From positions 1 through 64,000 of IMG/VR virus record IMGVR_UViG_3300032297_000199: a DNA stretch of 64,000 bases; one strand, written 5' to 3'. Position numbers and translations under genes: made by a program. The notes beneath the pieces were generated by a model. It had not been told where the DNA came from, ran no database searches, and was given only the letters and a program-made list of their open reading frames with translations. Positions 17,101-26,411 of this stretch are shown here, in pieces. Position 1 is the stretch's first letter. Each line of letters begins with the position of its first letter. Origin of the DNA: a virus.

Positions 17101-18790
17101 TGGATTCCCAGGAACAACTGGTGCTACTGGACTTCAAGGCGATACAGGCGATACAGGCGCTACCGGCGCAATTGGATCAACTGGTGCTACAGGTGCAGGT
17201 GCTACTGGAGCCACTGGTCTAAAAGGTCTAGGCGGATTAGAATATCTAGTCAATAGCACCGTTTCCGGACCTACCGGTAACTTTGCAGACGGAACATTGA
17301 GATTTAACTCAGTAAGCACTAGTTCATTAAACACAATGTACATAATTGCCTCTGATGTTAATAATATTAACCAAGGCCCGTATATTACTTCTTGGGATGA
17401 TAGATCTCCTACTTACGGTACAATCACAGTCACTGGACAAACAACTGGTACAACCTTGTTGTTAAACATGGCTGACGCTATTACAGTTACTACCGGTGCA
17501 AGAACTGAGTACTCAATACCAGTAACATGGATTTCTGGTACAATACCTAGTACTGCAACTCAAGTTGCGATTACATTTACTAGAGATGGTCAATACGGTG
17601 CTACTGGTGCATCAGGTGCTACTGGACTTGGTTTTAGAATGGATAGTGTGACCACAGTGTCATTAACAACTGGTACTAAGACATTTACCGTTAACCAACT
17701 TGGTGCTTATGCCGCAAATATGCGTGTCAGAGCAAGTGTTAACAACGGAGTAAATCCTGACTTCATGGAAGGTCGTGTTACTACAGTTAACACCACAACT
17801 CCGTCACTTACAATGAGTGTTGATTTTACTACTGGTACTACCGGTGCTAGCTACAGTAATTGGGCATTTAGTCCTACTGGAGAAATTGGTGCCACCGGAT
17901 TCCAAGGTATTCAAGGTAATGCAGGCGCAACAGGTCTTGGATACTTGATTAACAGTACTTCAGCAGTAGCAATGGCAACAACTGGTACTAAAACATTTGT
18001 GGTTGATCAGTTAGGTGCTTACATCCCTAATATGCGTGTCAGAGCAGGTGTTAACAACGGAGTAAATTCCGACTTCATGGAAGGTCGTGTTACTACAGTT
18101 AACACCACAACTCCGTCACTTACAATGAGTGTTGATACCGCTACAGGCTCGATCGGAGTTACTTACAGTGTTTGGTCTTTTAGCGCAGCAGGAGAAATAG
18201 GTGCACCTGGACTTATGGGAGCAACTGGTGCAGTAGGAGCAACTGGAGTAGGTTATGATGGTGTAACTTCTAATAGTACAGTTTACCTTGATGTTACTCA
18301 AGACGCTAGGTTTACAGTTAACCAACAGGGTGCATTCAAGAATGGATCGCAAGTAAGGGCAGTTGCACTTGATTCACTCAGTACAGGGTCGTTCATTGAG
18401 GGATATTTGATTCCGACCGGAACTAACTGGACAATTATTCCTAATAATGTATTCCCTGCAAATAGTCCTACCCTAAATTACAGTAATTGGCATTTTACTA
18501 TTGGTGGAACATTTACTACCTCAACAGTATTTCCTATTAGAAGTTTTAGCACATCAATGTCTACAAGTACATCAACTGGTGCTATCCAATTAACTGGCGG
18601 TATTGGTATGGGTGGTAGTTTGTTTGTCGGACAATGGGTTGTTCCTCAGAATGTTAGTTCTGCAACCATTAAAAACTATATTGGTACTCCAACAGGTGCC
18701 ACGGTATTCTTAACAGGTGCCGGATATAACAAACCTGCATATTGGGATGGTACTAAATGGTACACTATGAACGGTAACGCTCTATATTAA
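14186..18790 (+). CDS. collagen-like (Gly-X-Thr) virion fibre protein
   Basis: Long GAT/GST/GPT triplet tract between a globular N-terminus and repeated beta-rich C-terminal domains. Confidence 0.88.
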   Translation: MTVNTNTLTAYINNIDAAFPRKGQDNPSSGFRDNFTAIKNSLVTSGEILVNLEANKINKGTTSTSRESNANDYSNNLIGAEIKNVQLSDWTQRTKVHGIISGTQYLKWSDGPIHTLQPWNTGTVTVRIGGTTSTDFMPADQYAAMRVYITVANTASSVTWGDFADITNASRLVKFANGVMKFDATGTYGVEVVSLTGDKFELFDLGVRQVTSSTGVTLHPVASSGDYNALSNRPGLATTATTGLVQIGYGLTATNGIASIDTATIAQISNIVTATYSTAGVVKIGRGLFISSTGSLAVNDATLAPATTNTLGRIIVGSGLAITTGGTLSIVGGVVGATGLTGATGPAGATGVTGATGEGATGVTGATGPQGATGAGSTGATGPTGASGVQGVRGFQGASGPKGDTGATGASGLEGLPGPTGATGDKGDKGATGSGATGSTGATGIQGATGLQGATGPQGIAGVFAGQGGTGATGLIGTTGATGLQGATGAGATGATGNIGATGAVGSTGLTGSTGSGATGADGATGATGATGPEGATGPEGATGADGATGATGAQGATGETGVRGFQGYNGSTGATGLDGATGPDGSTGATGNVGATGAQGEIGATGATGATGPQGATGSGATGADGATGATGATGPQGATGAGATGATGEGATGATGPQGATGSGSTGATGIGSTGATGPQGQVGTTGATGPQGQVGSTGALGATGPEGATGATGAGSTGATGPQGNQGNPGATGATGSGSTGATGAIGSTGATGATGNIGSTGATGPVGATGVSNVPGATGPSGATGATGFSIPGSTGATGATGATGGPGSTGATGQSGNVGASGATGATGSPGEPGATGAGSTGATGAIGATGATGATGPAGATGPFGPAGTITINTVTAISWTGTASVVNIGSTGSAILNFFIPSGAPGATGSAGPTGDTGASGATGAFGSTGATGPQGNPGATGAAGLDGLAAAQGATGATGPLGATGFPGTTGATGLQGDTGDTGATGAIGSTGATGAGATGATGLKGLGGLEYLVNSTVSGPTGNFADGTLRFNSVSTSSLNTMYIIASDVNNINQGPYITSWDDRSPTYGTITVTGQTTGTTLLLNMADAITVTTGARTEYSIPVTWISGTIPSTATQVAITFTRDGQYGATGASGATGLGFRMDSVTTVSLTTGTKTFTVNQLGAYAANMRVRASVNNGVNPDFMEGRVTTVNTTTPSLTMSVDFTTGTTGASYSNWAFSPTGEIGATGFQGIQGNAGATGLGYLINSTSAVAMATTGTKTFVVDQLGAYIPNMRVRAGVNNGVNSDFMEGRVTTVNTTTPSLTMSVDTATGSIGVTYSVWSFSAAGEIGAPGLMGATGAVGATGVGYDGVTSNSTVYLDVTQDARFTVNQQGAFKNGSQVRAVALDSLSTGSFIEGYLIPTGTNWTIIPNNVFPANSPTLNYSNWHFTIGGTFTTSTVFPIRSFSTSMSTSTSTGAIQLTGGIGMGGSLFVGQWVVPQNVSSATIKNYIGTPTGATVFLTGAGYNKPAYWDGTKWYTMNGNALY
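17717..18136 (+). repeat. 108-bp near-identical direct repeat inside the collagen gene (17717-17824, 18029-18136)
   Basis: Three mismatches seen by eye; offset 312 nt, in frame. Confidence 0.85.
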
Positions 18791-18803
18791 CGCCTAGGTT
18801 GCA

Positions 18804-18844
18804 TTGTGTACCGTAAATATGTTAAACTATTTTACGGTACACAA
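18804..18844 (+). promoter_or_regulatory. 14-bp perfect inverted repeat overlapping late promoter TAAATA
   Basis: TTGTGTACCGTAAA / TTTACGGTACACAA; TAAATA 18814-18819; ATG 18847. Confidence 0.75.
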
Positions 18845-18846
18845 AT

Positions 18847-19524
18847 ATGGCAACAATCACAAAAGAAAAATATCAAGAACACGAGTTAATTCCAAACATT
18901 GAATATTGTTTAGAACAAGCTCTTTTAGACAATTCTGAAATTCCAGAATACAGTCTACAGATTCCTGGAATGAGCGGAATCAAGTATAGACACTTTATTA
19001 ATAATCTACTTCGCAGTTTAGAAAATCCAAAGTACTTAGAAATTGGTACATGGAAAGGATCTACTCTATGTGCTGCCATTGGCGGAATCGAAGGCGTAAC
19101 AGCCTTAGCAGTTGATAACTACGGTTATGGTGGCGCAACAGAAGATGAAGTAAATGATAATGTTAATCAAGTAAAAAGCAACTCATCAAACATTACAATC
19201 TTAAATCAAGACTTTGTAGATTTTGATTTTGCAGCTCACGGTAAATTCGATGTATATCTTTATGACGGAGGTCATACACAAGAAGAACATTATGATGCTA
19301 TTGTTAGAGCAGTCCCTGCATTAGAAGATATTTCCATTATTATTATTGATGATTGGAATAATCACGATAACACTGTGTCGCATATTAAAACAGGAACTTA
19401 CGACGGTTTTAAAGATGCAGGCTTAGAAATTCTTTATAAGTTTGAAGTTGAGACCGGAGTTAACCCTCCATTCCCAAGCGAGTGGCACAACGGCTACGGC
19501 GTATTTTTAGTTAAGAAATCATAA
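18847..19524 (+). CDS. class I SAM methyltransferase (Methyltransf_24-like)
   Basis: YLEIGTWKGS, YDGGH and IIIDDW motifs. Confidence 0.85.
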   Translation: MATITKEKYQEHELIPNIEYCLEQALLDNSEIPEYSLQIPGMSGIKYRHFINNLLRSLENPKYLEIGTWKGSTLCAAIGGIEGVTALAVDNYGYGGATEDEVNDNVNQVKSNSSNITILNQDFVDFDFAAHGKFDVYLYDGGHTQEEHYDAIVRAVPALEDISIIIIDDWNNHDNTVSHIKTGTYDGFKDAGLEILYKFEVETGVNPPFPSEWHNGYGVFLVKKS

Positions 19525-20294
19525 TGACAACTTTTTCACATTCAGGCACCTATGGTGATCTAATTTACTCATTGAGTATTACAAAACATCTCGGAGGTGG
19601 GGATTTTTATCTTCGTCTAAACAACATGGACGAAATGGCTCGACGCACTTTTGGTCCACAAGCAACAGCTGGAGATCATGCTGGCGAGATGACAGAAGCT
19701 CAATTCCACGGACTAACAGAATTTATGAAAAGCCAACCGTACATTAACAGTTGGAACATTTATAATGGTGAACACATTGACTATGCGCTAGAAGATAGCG
19801 GCAAAGAAATTGTTAAGCAACAAGGAAATTATACATTTGCTTATGCTCGGTCTGTCGGAGTCGATCCGGCTCAGTACTACAAGGAATTTATGTTAGAACC
19901 TTGGCTAACTGTAAAGAATCCTATTAAGGTACCCGGAAAACCTATTGTAGTTAATCGAGTCAATAGACACTTGTACGGGTGCGATCCTACTGCTAAGAAC
20001 TGGCAAAATTTCTTTAATCGTGGGCTTGCAGAGTACGGAGTGTATGTAGGTAAACCTGAAGAACACGCATGGTTTGAAGACTTCTTTAAAGTTAAGATTC
20101 AACATTACAGAACATATGACATTTTAGAATGTGCTCGTGTTATTGCAGGTGCTGAACAATTTGTCGGAAGTCAAAGTATGTGTCTAAGTCTAGCAATTGG
20201 TCTAGGTAAAACATATTTTTGTGAGTGCCGAAAAGACTTGCCCTTACAAAACAATGAATGTTATTTTGTGAGGCCAAATGGACACTACATGTAA
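19524..20294 (+). CDS. GT9-like (heptosyltransferase-like) glycosyltransferase
   Basis: N-terminal HSGTYGDL; C-terminal ARVIAGAEQFVGSQS...LAIGLGK. Confidence 0.65.
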   Translation: MTTFSHSGTYGDLIYSLSITKHLGGGDFYLRLNNMDEMARRTFGPQATAGDHAGEMTEAQFHGLTEFMKSQPYINSWNIYNGEHIDYALEDSGKEIVKQQGNYTFAYARSVGVDPAQYYKEFMLEPWLTVKNPIKVPGKPIVVNRVNRHLYGCDPTAKNWQNFFNRGLAEYGVYVGKPEEHAWFEDFFKVKIQHYRTYDILECARVIAGAEQFVGSQSMCLSLAIGLGKTYFCECRKDLPLQNNECYFVRPNGHYM

Positions 20295-21072
20295 ATCTTT
20301 TAGCCATAGCGGTACGCTTGGCGATGTATTAACTAGTCTGTGTATTGTAAAGATCCTCGGTGGCGGGGATTTTTACTTGAAGCTAAACAATATGGACAAA
20401 ATGATTCAAGAAAAGTTAGGCTGGCCTAATGCTGGTGTTCATAGCGGTCGTATGACTCAGAAAGACTTTGATATGTTAGAGCCTCTAATGAAAAGTCAAA
20501 GTTTCATCAAGAGCTTCCAAGTATGGAACGGCGAACAAGTTACAAACGAGTTTGAAGAAGTATGTAGACATCACCAAGCAAGCGGTTGGTGGCCTAGGAA
20601 TTTTAGTAATCAATATGCATCTAGTCAAGACATAAATCCAGAAGAAAATTTTGAACAGCTACAGCAACAACCTTGGTTAGAGTGCAAAGATCCTATTAAG
20701 ATTCCAGGTAGGCCAGTTGTTATTAGTCGTAATGAAAAATATCTAGACGGTGCTCCAGTGTATAATCCAATCTGGAAAGAGTGGATTGATTACGGATTAG
20801 CTGATAGATGTGTATTTGTTGGACATCCTAGCGAACACGCATGGTTTGAAGATCTATACAAATGTGAAGTTGATTATTATCCCACTGAAGATATGTTACA
20901 CCTAAGTCGAGTGTTAGCAGGATGTGAATTGTTTATAGGCAATCAAAGCATGCCGGGAACAATGGCTTCGATTGCCTTAGGTAAGACAAGTAGGATTGAG
21001 TTAAGGAAGAATGAAACCCAAACTAATAATGAGTTCTTCTATCCTTATCGTCTTAATGTTAGCTATTTTTAA
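20278..21072 (+). CDS. GT9-like glycosyltransferase, tandem paralogue
   Basis: HSGTLGDV, LGGGDFYL and SRVLAGCELFIGNQS; colinear with the upstream gene. Confidence 0.65.
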   Translation: MDTTCKSFSHSGTLGDVLTSLCIVKILGGGDFYLKLNNMDKMIQEKLGWPNAGVHSGRMTQKDFDMLEPLMKSQSFIKSFQVWNGEQVTNEFEEVCRHHQASGWWPRNFSNQYASSQDINPEENFEQLQQQPWLECKDPIKIPGRPVVISRNEKYLDGAPVYNPIWKEWIDYGLADRCVFVGHPSEHAWFEDLYKCEVDYYPTEDMLHLSRVLAGCELFIGNQSMPGTMASIALGKTSRIELRKNETQTNNEFFYPYRLNVSYF

Positions 21073-21571
21073 GTGACTCTAAAATAGCAATTACTTCGTC
21101 GAGAGCAGGTTGAGGATTTTTATATACAACACGAATAGAATGACCGCCTGCGTCTTTCCATTGCTGACAATTATCTAATCTATCGTCTACTAATATATCG
21201 CCTGCTGTACAGTGACTTTGTTTATCAGTGCTATATGGTCCAAACATTACAGGAATATCTGGATATCTATTTTGCACCCATAGCATCTTGTCATAGAATG
21301 CCCATGGAAAGTCATTTCCCTTAGGAATCGCAGTTAAAAACTTTAGTTGCCATCCATGATTATCTCTAAATTTTCTTGCATTGCCTACTAGTGAATCTGC
21401 CCAAGGTGTTTTCGGTAAGTCTTTAAACCAGCGTTTATTTTCTCGAATTTTAACCCAGTCGTCAAATGCCCAACGATGTGAATCTGGATCCTTCTCGAAA
21501 CCAATAAACTCTTTTGCGGCCTGGTCGAAGTCTGCGACTACGCCATCCATATCTAAATAAAATGTTTTCAT
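21059..21571 (-). CDS. HAD-family 5'(3')-deoxyribonucleotidase (start moved to MKTFYL)
   Basis: DMDGVVADF motif I, LVDD motif; TATAAT 6 nt before the ATG. Confidence 0.85.
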   Translation of the reverse strand: MKTFYLDMDGVVADFDQAAKEFIGFEKDPDSHRWAFDDWVKIRENKRWFKDLPKTPWADSLVGNARKFRDNHGWQLKFLTAIPKGNDFPWAFYDKMLWVQNRYPDIPVMFGPYSTDKQSHCTAGDILVDDRLDNCQQWKDAGGHSIRVVYKNPQPALDEVIAILESLKNS

Positions 21572-21599
21572 AATGATATTATACATTCTTTTTTGAAAA

Positions 21600-21629
21600 A
21601 GAAAAAGTGGGACTATGCCCACTTTTCTC
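21600..21629. terminator. bidirectional intrinsic terminator
   Basis: AGAAAAAGTGGG-actatg-CCCACTTTTTCT. Confidence 0.75.
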
Positions 21630-21798
21630 TGTACTTTGCTAATGCAAGCTGCCTTGCAAGAAACAATCTCCAACGAATATGTTCTGGTAATTCTTCATCG
21701 TCATTGACAATTTTGATATCCCGAACTAATTCTGGACGGCGATAAGCAACATGCAGATCTAATTCACCTGCAATATCGTCATCGCTGTCATCGAGATC
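21613..21798 (-). CDS. possible small acidic/basic protein; start unclear
   Basis: Protein-like 3' part of track ORF 21613..22008 with no ATG of its own. Confidence 0.4.
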   Translation of the reverse strand, partial: DLDDSDDDIAGELDLHVAYRRPELVRDIKIVNDDEELPEHIRWRLFLARQLALAKYREKWA

Positions 21799-22042
21799 AC
21801 TTCTTAGCTGGAGTTGGCTCAGCAGCCTTTTTGTCGTCCTTTTTAGCAGGAGCGGCTTTTGCGTCACTGCTTTTAGTGTCGGCTTTTGCAGCCGGTGCGC
21901 TGGGTGCAGGAGTACTAGCGGCAGGTGCTGGTGCTGTAACAGCAGGTTTGGCATCGGCCTTCTTTTCTTCTTTCTTAGCAGGTTCTGCGGCGAAAGCTGT
22001 AGCGGCAAACATAGTTGCGATTAAAGTTGCAATCAATTTCAT
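21797..22042 (-). CDS. secreted Ala/Lys/Pro-rich low-complexity protein (acid-shock-protein-like)
   Basis: Signal peptide MKLIATLIATMFAATAFA, then AKP-rich; AAGGA RBS. Confidence 0.8.
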   Translation of the reverse strand: MKLIATLIATMFAATAFAAEPAKKEEKKADAKPAVTAPAPAASTPAPSAPAAKADTKSSDAKAAPAKKDDKKAAEPTPAKK

Positions 22043-22122
22043 GATAAAGTTTCCTTTTGGTTAATGTAAGAAGAATTATTCCCCTACATATATATAACGC
22101 GATAGCCCGGAAACTAGTTGAC

Positions 22123-22809
22123 TTAGATACTTAATTTTTTATCAAAAAGATCGCCAATTGTGTCCATTAAATCTCCGAGCTTGCCGGAGTTTCTAAGACT
22201 CTTATATGTCAAATTTTGAATACTAAATTCCCCACCGGATGCTAGTCCTACTTTACGATAGTCGGCTAACATTTCTCTTACTTTTCTACAAACTTCTAAG
22301 TTACGGCTTTTAATAGCGTGATTGATAACTTCATCCCACTTTTTAACTTCTGCTTGTACAGCACTTTTATTATAACCAGTATTATCGGATTTTGGAGGCT
22401 TTGTCCATTTTCTACTTAGGATAGAGTATGCAGAACTAACAGCGGGTTCTGCTAAATCTTCTACATAGAGTTCAACTGGTATTCCGTGTACTTTAATGTC
22501 TCGCTGTTCTTTCCAATACTTTCTTTTAGTATCGAACAATTCGCTTACAGTCATTTCACATTCGACTTCACTGTAATCTACAATTAGATGTAGATCTAAA
22601 TCAGAATATGGAGAATAGTTATAGTTTGCCTGACTTCCAGAAATTATTAAGTCTTTAACATCAACAGGAACTTCTAAAAAATCGTAAAACTCCCTGGCAA
22701 TATTCAATAATGCAACTGTAACATCAGGCCGTAGATCTTTGCCAGCCCACAGTTTAGGATTAAGATCTTGGTGTATTTCTACAGGAGGAACGAATTCAAA
22801 AATATTCAT
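22123..22809 (-). CDS. Pol-beta-superfamily nucleotidyltransferase
   Basis: GS-x-DLD motif (ISGSQANYNYSPYSDLDLH) and a third acidic residue in VELY. Confidence 0.8.
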   Translation of the reverse strand: MNIFEFVPPVEIHQDLNPKLWAGKDLRPDVTVALLNIAREFYDFLEVPVDVKDLIISGSQANYNYSPYSDLDLHLIVDYSEVECEMTVSELFDTKRKYWKEQRDIKVHGIPVELYVEDLAEPAVSSAYSILSRKWTKPPKSDNTGYNKSAVQAEVKKWDEVINHAIKSRNLEVCRKVREMLADYRKVGLASGGEFSIQNLTYKSLRNSGKLGDLMDTIGDLFDKKLSI

Positions 22810-22817
22810 ATCTATAT

Positions 22818-23348
22818 TTATTTTAACAAGTGATCAGGTGTCTGAGTAAAATAGCATGTCATACTAATACGAATATCTTTGTTAGCAGTAAACACACAAT
22901 GTGGCAACTCTGTGCGCCACACTACCGGTTGTTTAAGTTCAAATTGATCTATCTCTTCATACCTTGTATACATTAAATCCCAATATACAACCTTACCGCT
23001 TTTTCTAAGAATAGGTTTTCCTTTTGTAAATTCGTAAAGTTTAGTAACTGATCCTATACAATTAAGTATTGGCCATTGTATCCTAGCAGTAGGTGCTAGA
23101 TAGTCTAAATGCACCGTTGAAGTATCCGTGTCTTTTAATATAATAAAGGCAAACTGAGTAGGGACTAGTTCCAGCGATGCAAAGTAATCTTTTAGTTCAG
23201 GAACATAAGTTAATACTTTATTAGCGTCAAATTCGTGATTCCAAAATTCACACTTCTCTAAAAAAGTAGTCTCGTTTTTAATATAAGAATATAACTTTTC
23301 TGTTATTAGTTCCCAATTATTACATTCTAAATACCTGAAATTTGTCAT
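22818..23348 (-). CDS. hypothetical cupin/2OG-Fe(II)-oxygenase-like protein
   Basis: HxD (VHLD) ... H (PHCV) ... R (RISM) spacing. Confidence 0.5.
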   Translation of the reverse strand: MTNFRYLECNNWELITEKLYSYIKNETTFLEKCEFWNHEFDANKVLTYVPELKDYFASLELVPTQFAFIILKDTDTSTVHLDYLAPTARIQWPILNCIGSVTKLYEFTKGKPILRKSGKVVYWDLMYTRYEEIDQFELKQPVVWRTELPHCVFTANKDIRISMTCYFTQTPDHLLK

Positions 23349-23352
23349 ACCA

Positions 23353-23372
23353 AATATTTACTGGTAAATATC
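23353..23372. promoter_or_regulatory. back-to-back divergent late promoters
   Basis: ATATTTAC-TG-GTAAATAT palindrome; each TAAATA is 6 nt from an ATG. Confidence 0.75.
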
Positions 23373-23376
23373 CCGT

Positions 23377-23937
23377 ATGATAGGTTCTTTGAATTTAACA
23401 GGCCATATTTTAGCATCTCAGCCCAAGGGTCCTGACTCGTTATTTACGAGGGGTATTATAGTTGTAGCCAAGCACAATGACGAAGGTGCTTGGGGTCTCA
23501 TGGTCAACAAACCGACCACAAGGATTTCTCTTAGCCAAGTAATGGCCTCTACTGGAATCGCATATTCTGGACAAGAATCAATATATGTCGGTGGCCCTGT
23601 TGACACGCATCGAGTGCATGTTATTCATTCTTTAGATTGGCAAAGTGCTGGGACAGTGCCAGTTACTTCTGAGATAGGAATTACCAGTGAAATGTCTGTA
23701 ATGTTAGCAATTGCTGGCGGAGAAGGACCTAATTTGTTTAGGACTTGTCTAGGAGTTACTGGTTGGGCAGCCGGTCAACTAGACGGAGAGTATAAAGGAT
23801 TACCTCCGTGGAAGCCGGAACAACGATGGCTCGATGCTCCGGCTACAATTGATGCTGTGTTTAATCTAAACAATGACGAACAATGGGAAAAGTGTATCGA
23901 CATTGTAGCATCTAGTAAAGTATCAGCTTGGTTTTAA
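23377..23937 (+). CDS. YqgE/AlgH (DUF179) family protein
   Basis: H..EGA.GL.VNKP, GGPV and G..GW..GQL..E motifs. Confidence 0.85.
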   Translation: MIGSLNLTGHILASQPKGPDSLFTRGIIVVAKHNDEGAWGLMVNKPTTRISLSQVMASTGIAYSGQESIYVGGPVDTHRVHVIHSLDWQSAGTVPVTSEIGITSEMSVMLAIAGGEGPNLFRTCLGVTGWAAGQLDGEYKGLPPWKPEQRWLDAPATIDAVFNLNNDEQWEKCIDIVASSKVSAWF

Positions 23938-25394
23938 TCCTTTTCTGAATTAATACTTTTTAATAAATCTCTAATTTTTGAAGTATTAACAGTTCCTCGA
24001 ACTTTTCCAATTCCTGTTCCCTGCGATGGATCGTCATCTCTTCCAGCATTAGGTGCTGGATTAAACGGATCAAATCCTTCTTTGGGTTGCGCTCTTTCAA
24101 CTGTACTTGTTTTTTTCAACCCATCTAATATCATTGCACCGGGCTTACTTGCTTGTGTTGGACCTTCTTCTTCATCTAAATCTTTAATACGAAGACTTTC
24201 AACATCAAATTCTAAGTCAACTTTTTGTCCAACGCCACTACTAGAACGAGTTTTCATAAACTGGATTTGATACCGTCCTCGTTCACGCATTGCTCTACTG
24301 GTAAAAATACCAATAACATTATCAGCAGTTTGAATCTTTGATAAACCGCCCGAGATATGGCTGTGATCGAATTCAATTTCTTCAACAGCACTACGATTTA
24401 ACTGTGCGGCAGTTACTACAACAGCTTGAGTTTCCATAGCAAAGTTACGAAGCTCTTCTGAAACATATTTGTCTTTAACAAACAAGTCACTTGGGCTAAC
24501 TTTAACAGAAAGCGGCATCATTAGGTCTAAGTAGTCCACTAAAATAACATCAGGTTTTTTGCCTGTTTTTACTTGATATTCTTTAAGATATGCTCTTAAA
24601 TCATTACAATTCTTCCCGGACGGCATGTATTTTATCTGCATTCCGCCTGCTCTCTTGCCAGTGAGCTTAACCTTCATTTCAACATCATCTAAACTTTTAA
24701 AAATGTCTTTAGATGCCACACCTGTGATCATACTGTCCACACGCATACTAACCAATTCTTCACTAAGTTCGAATGTAAAATAAATTACATTCAAGCCTGC
24801 AAGCGCAAAGTTAACTCCTAAATTTGCCAAGAACAAACTCTTACCACCGCCTGATCCTGCACACCAAATATTCAACTCGCCTCGTTTGAATCCGCCATAT
24901 AGCTTACGATCAATGCTAGGATATCCTGTACTAATCTGTCCGTTGTTATCTTTTAATTTTAATAATCGAGCTCTAGGATCTTCAAAGTAGTCTGTACCCA
25001 TATCACGACTAAGACTAATCTGAATAGCATCTTTAATTAATTTTTCTACAGGTCCGTATTCTGCTTTTTCTAATAGATCTGCAGATTTAAGAATAGCCCG
25101 TTCTAATCCTTTATGCCTACTAAAGCTCTCAAACTCATTCATTAACCAATCGTAGTTTTCTTTAGGAACTTCAATTGCTGATTTAAAGTCTGTGTTACAC
25201 GAAGAATTCACAATACTAAGTTCTGGCATGACCTTGTACTTGTCCACATACTCTGTGATAAACTTTGCAGATTCTTGTAAGCCCTTATCAAAGTTTTCTG
25301 GATCAAAAATATTTTGACAGCGGACAAATGTTTCTGCGTCTGCAAGAAACATCTCAAGGTAAAGTTTTTGTATTTCTTTATTATAGTTGGACAT
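23934..25394 (-). CDS. replicative DnaB/gp41-like helicase
   Basis: Walker A GSGGGKS, VDYLDL, QLNR, KTR. Confidence 0.92.
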   Translation of the reverse strand: MSNYNKEIQKLYLEMFLADAETFVRCQNIFDPENFDKGLQESAKFITEYVDKYKVMPELSIVNSSCNTDFKSAIEVPKENYDWLMNEFESFSRHKGLERAILKSADLLEKAEYGPVEKLIKDAIQISLSRDMGTDYFEDPRARLLKLKDNNGQISTGYPSIDRKLYGGFKRGELNIWCAGSGGGKSLFLANLGVNFALAGLNVIYFTFELSEELVSMRVDSMITGVASKDIFKSLDDVEMKVKLTGKRAGGMQIKYMPSGKNCNDLRAYLKEYQVKTGKKPDVILVDYLDLMMPLSVKVSPSDLFVKDKYVSEELRNFAMETQAVVVTAAQLNRSAVEEIEFDHSHISGGLSKIQTADNVIGIFTSRAMRERGRYQIQFMKTRSSSGVGQKVDLEFDVESLRIKDLDEEEGPTQASKPGAMILDGLKKTSTVERAQPKEGFDPFNPAPNAGRDDDPSQGTGIGKVRGTVNTSKIRDLLKSINSEKD

Positions 25395-26376
25395 TCTCTA
25401 ATTTCTTCTTTAATAGTTGTTGTTTAATTTCGCTCTTTTCTCGATAGTGAAGTATCGAGAACAATGTGTAGAATTTTCCGTATTTCTTTACAGCGTCTGC
25501 TACATCTTTAATGTCTTCACTCCAGTCAGGCAAGCTAACTGTCCACCCATGTTCTAACGCTACAGCAATCATTTTAGCACCTGGTTTGTCTCTATCCGGT
25601 ACAACAATTACTTCTTTACCTAGCGCATTGATTCTAGCACATTGAGTTTCGTTCGGTTCGTTGTGCATTACTGCAACACCATCAATTGCAATGGCATCGA
25701 ATTGACCTTCTACGACAATTACATATTGTTTATCACTAGTTTGTTTGTCTATGTTAAAAACATATCCAGGTTGTGTGTGCGTAAGGTACTTAGGTTTCCC
25801 GTCTACAATTTTTCGTCCAGTCCAGCCTACAATTCTACCATCTTGATAGAAAGGAATAATGACTCTATCTTTATACCCGTTTGCAGAACTCCAATGCCAA
25901 TTATAATCTTCTAATGTCAGTTTTCGTTTATTAATTATATAGTCTATGACTGCTACGAATTCCTGATCTTCTAGACCGGCATTGATCCATTCTGCAACGG
26001 GTAAACAATCCTCAGGAAGTGGCCTATCCTCGAGTACAAAGCTAAGTTCTTTACTGGGCTTTGGTTGATCTTCTTTTTCTTTTAGGGCGTGGAGGCTAAG
26101 TTTTTGTATGTCTGTTTCTGGCATACCAAACCACTTGAACAATGATTTAGTATTATTTGAAAACAACTTACCAGGAGTCCAACCTGCTTTGAAATTACAA
26201 TTAAAACAATGATATTGAAATCCCTCGCCGCTCATTAATATGCCGCCGCGAAGTCGTGTATCTTGTTTCTCTCCTTTGTGTACACAGCAGGGAGCATTGA
26301 AACTAATCCAGCCACTAGGTGTCTGTTTTCGTTTAGGTGGTAATACTGCTTGAACTGCTGCCTGTATGAGATTCAT
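25381..26376 (-). CDS. DNA primase (gp61-like)
   Basis: Zn finger CC.H...CFNC; TOPRIM VVEGQFDA and DRD. Confidence 0.9.
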   Translation of the reverse strand: MNLIQAAVQAVLPPKRKQTPSGWISFNAPCCVHKGEKQDTRLRGGILMSGEGFQYHCFNCNFKAGWTPGKLFSNNTKSLFKWFGMPETDIQKLSLHALKEKEDQPKPSKELSFVLEDRPLPEDCLPVAEWINAGLEDQEFVAVIDYIINKRKLTLEDYNWHWSSANGYKDRVIIPFYQDGRIVGWTGRKIVDGKPKYLTHTQPGYVFNIDKQTSDKQYVIVVEGQFDAIAIDGVAVMHNEPNETQCARINALGKEVIVVPDRDKPGAKMIAVALEHGWTVSLPDWSEDIKDVADAVKKYGKFYTLFSILHYREKSEIKQQLLKKKLENVQL

Positions 26377-26382
26377 ACAGTT

Positions 26383-26411
26383 ATTTTAGCTTCTATATTG
26401 AACCTTGTCAA
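26383..26411 (-). promoter_or_regulatory. sigma70-type promoter for primase/helicase
   Basis: TTGACA (26411-26406), 17 nt, TAAAAT (26388-26383); ATG 6 nt downstream. Confidence 0.7.

Noticed and set aside
15010-17343. PVAPVAP antisense ORFs and alternate-frame VQLVQ ORFs
   Set aside because: By-products of the Gly-Ala-Thr codon repeats; the same applies at 60829-61839
17717-18136. Diversity-generating retroelement TR/VR pair
   Set aside because: Mismatches are not adenine-specific on one strand, both copies are in-frame domains, and no reverse transcriptase is in the window
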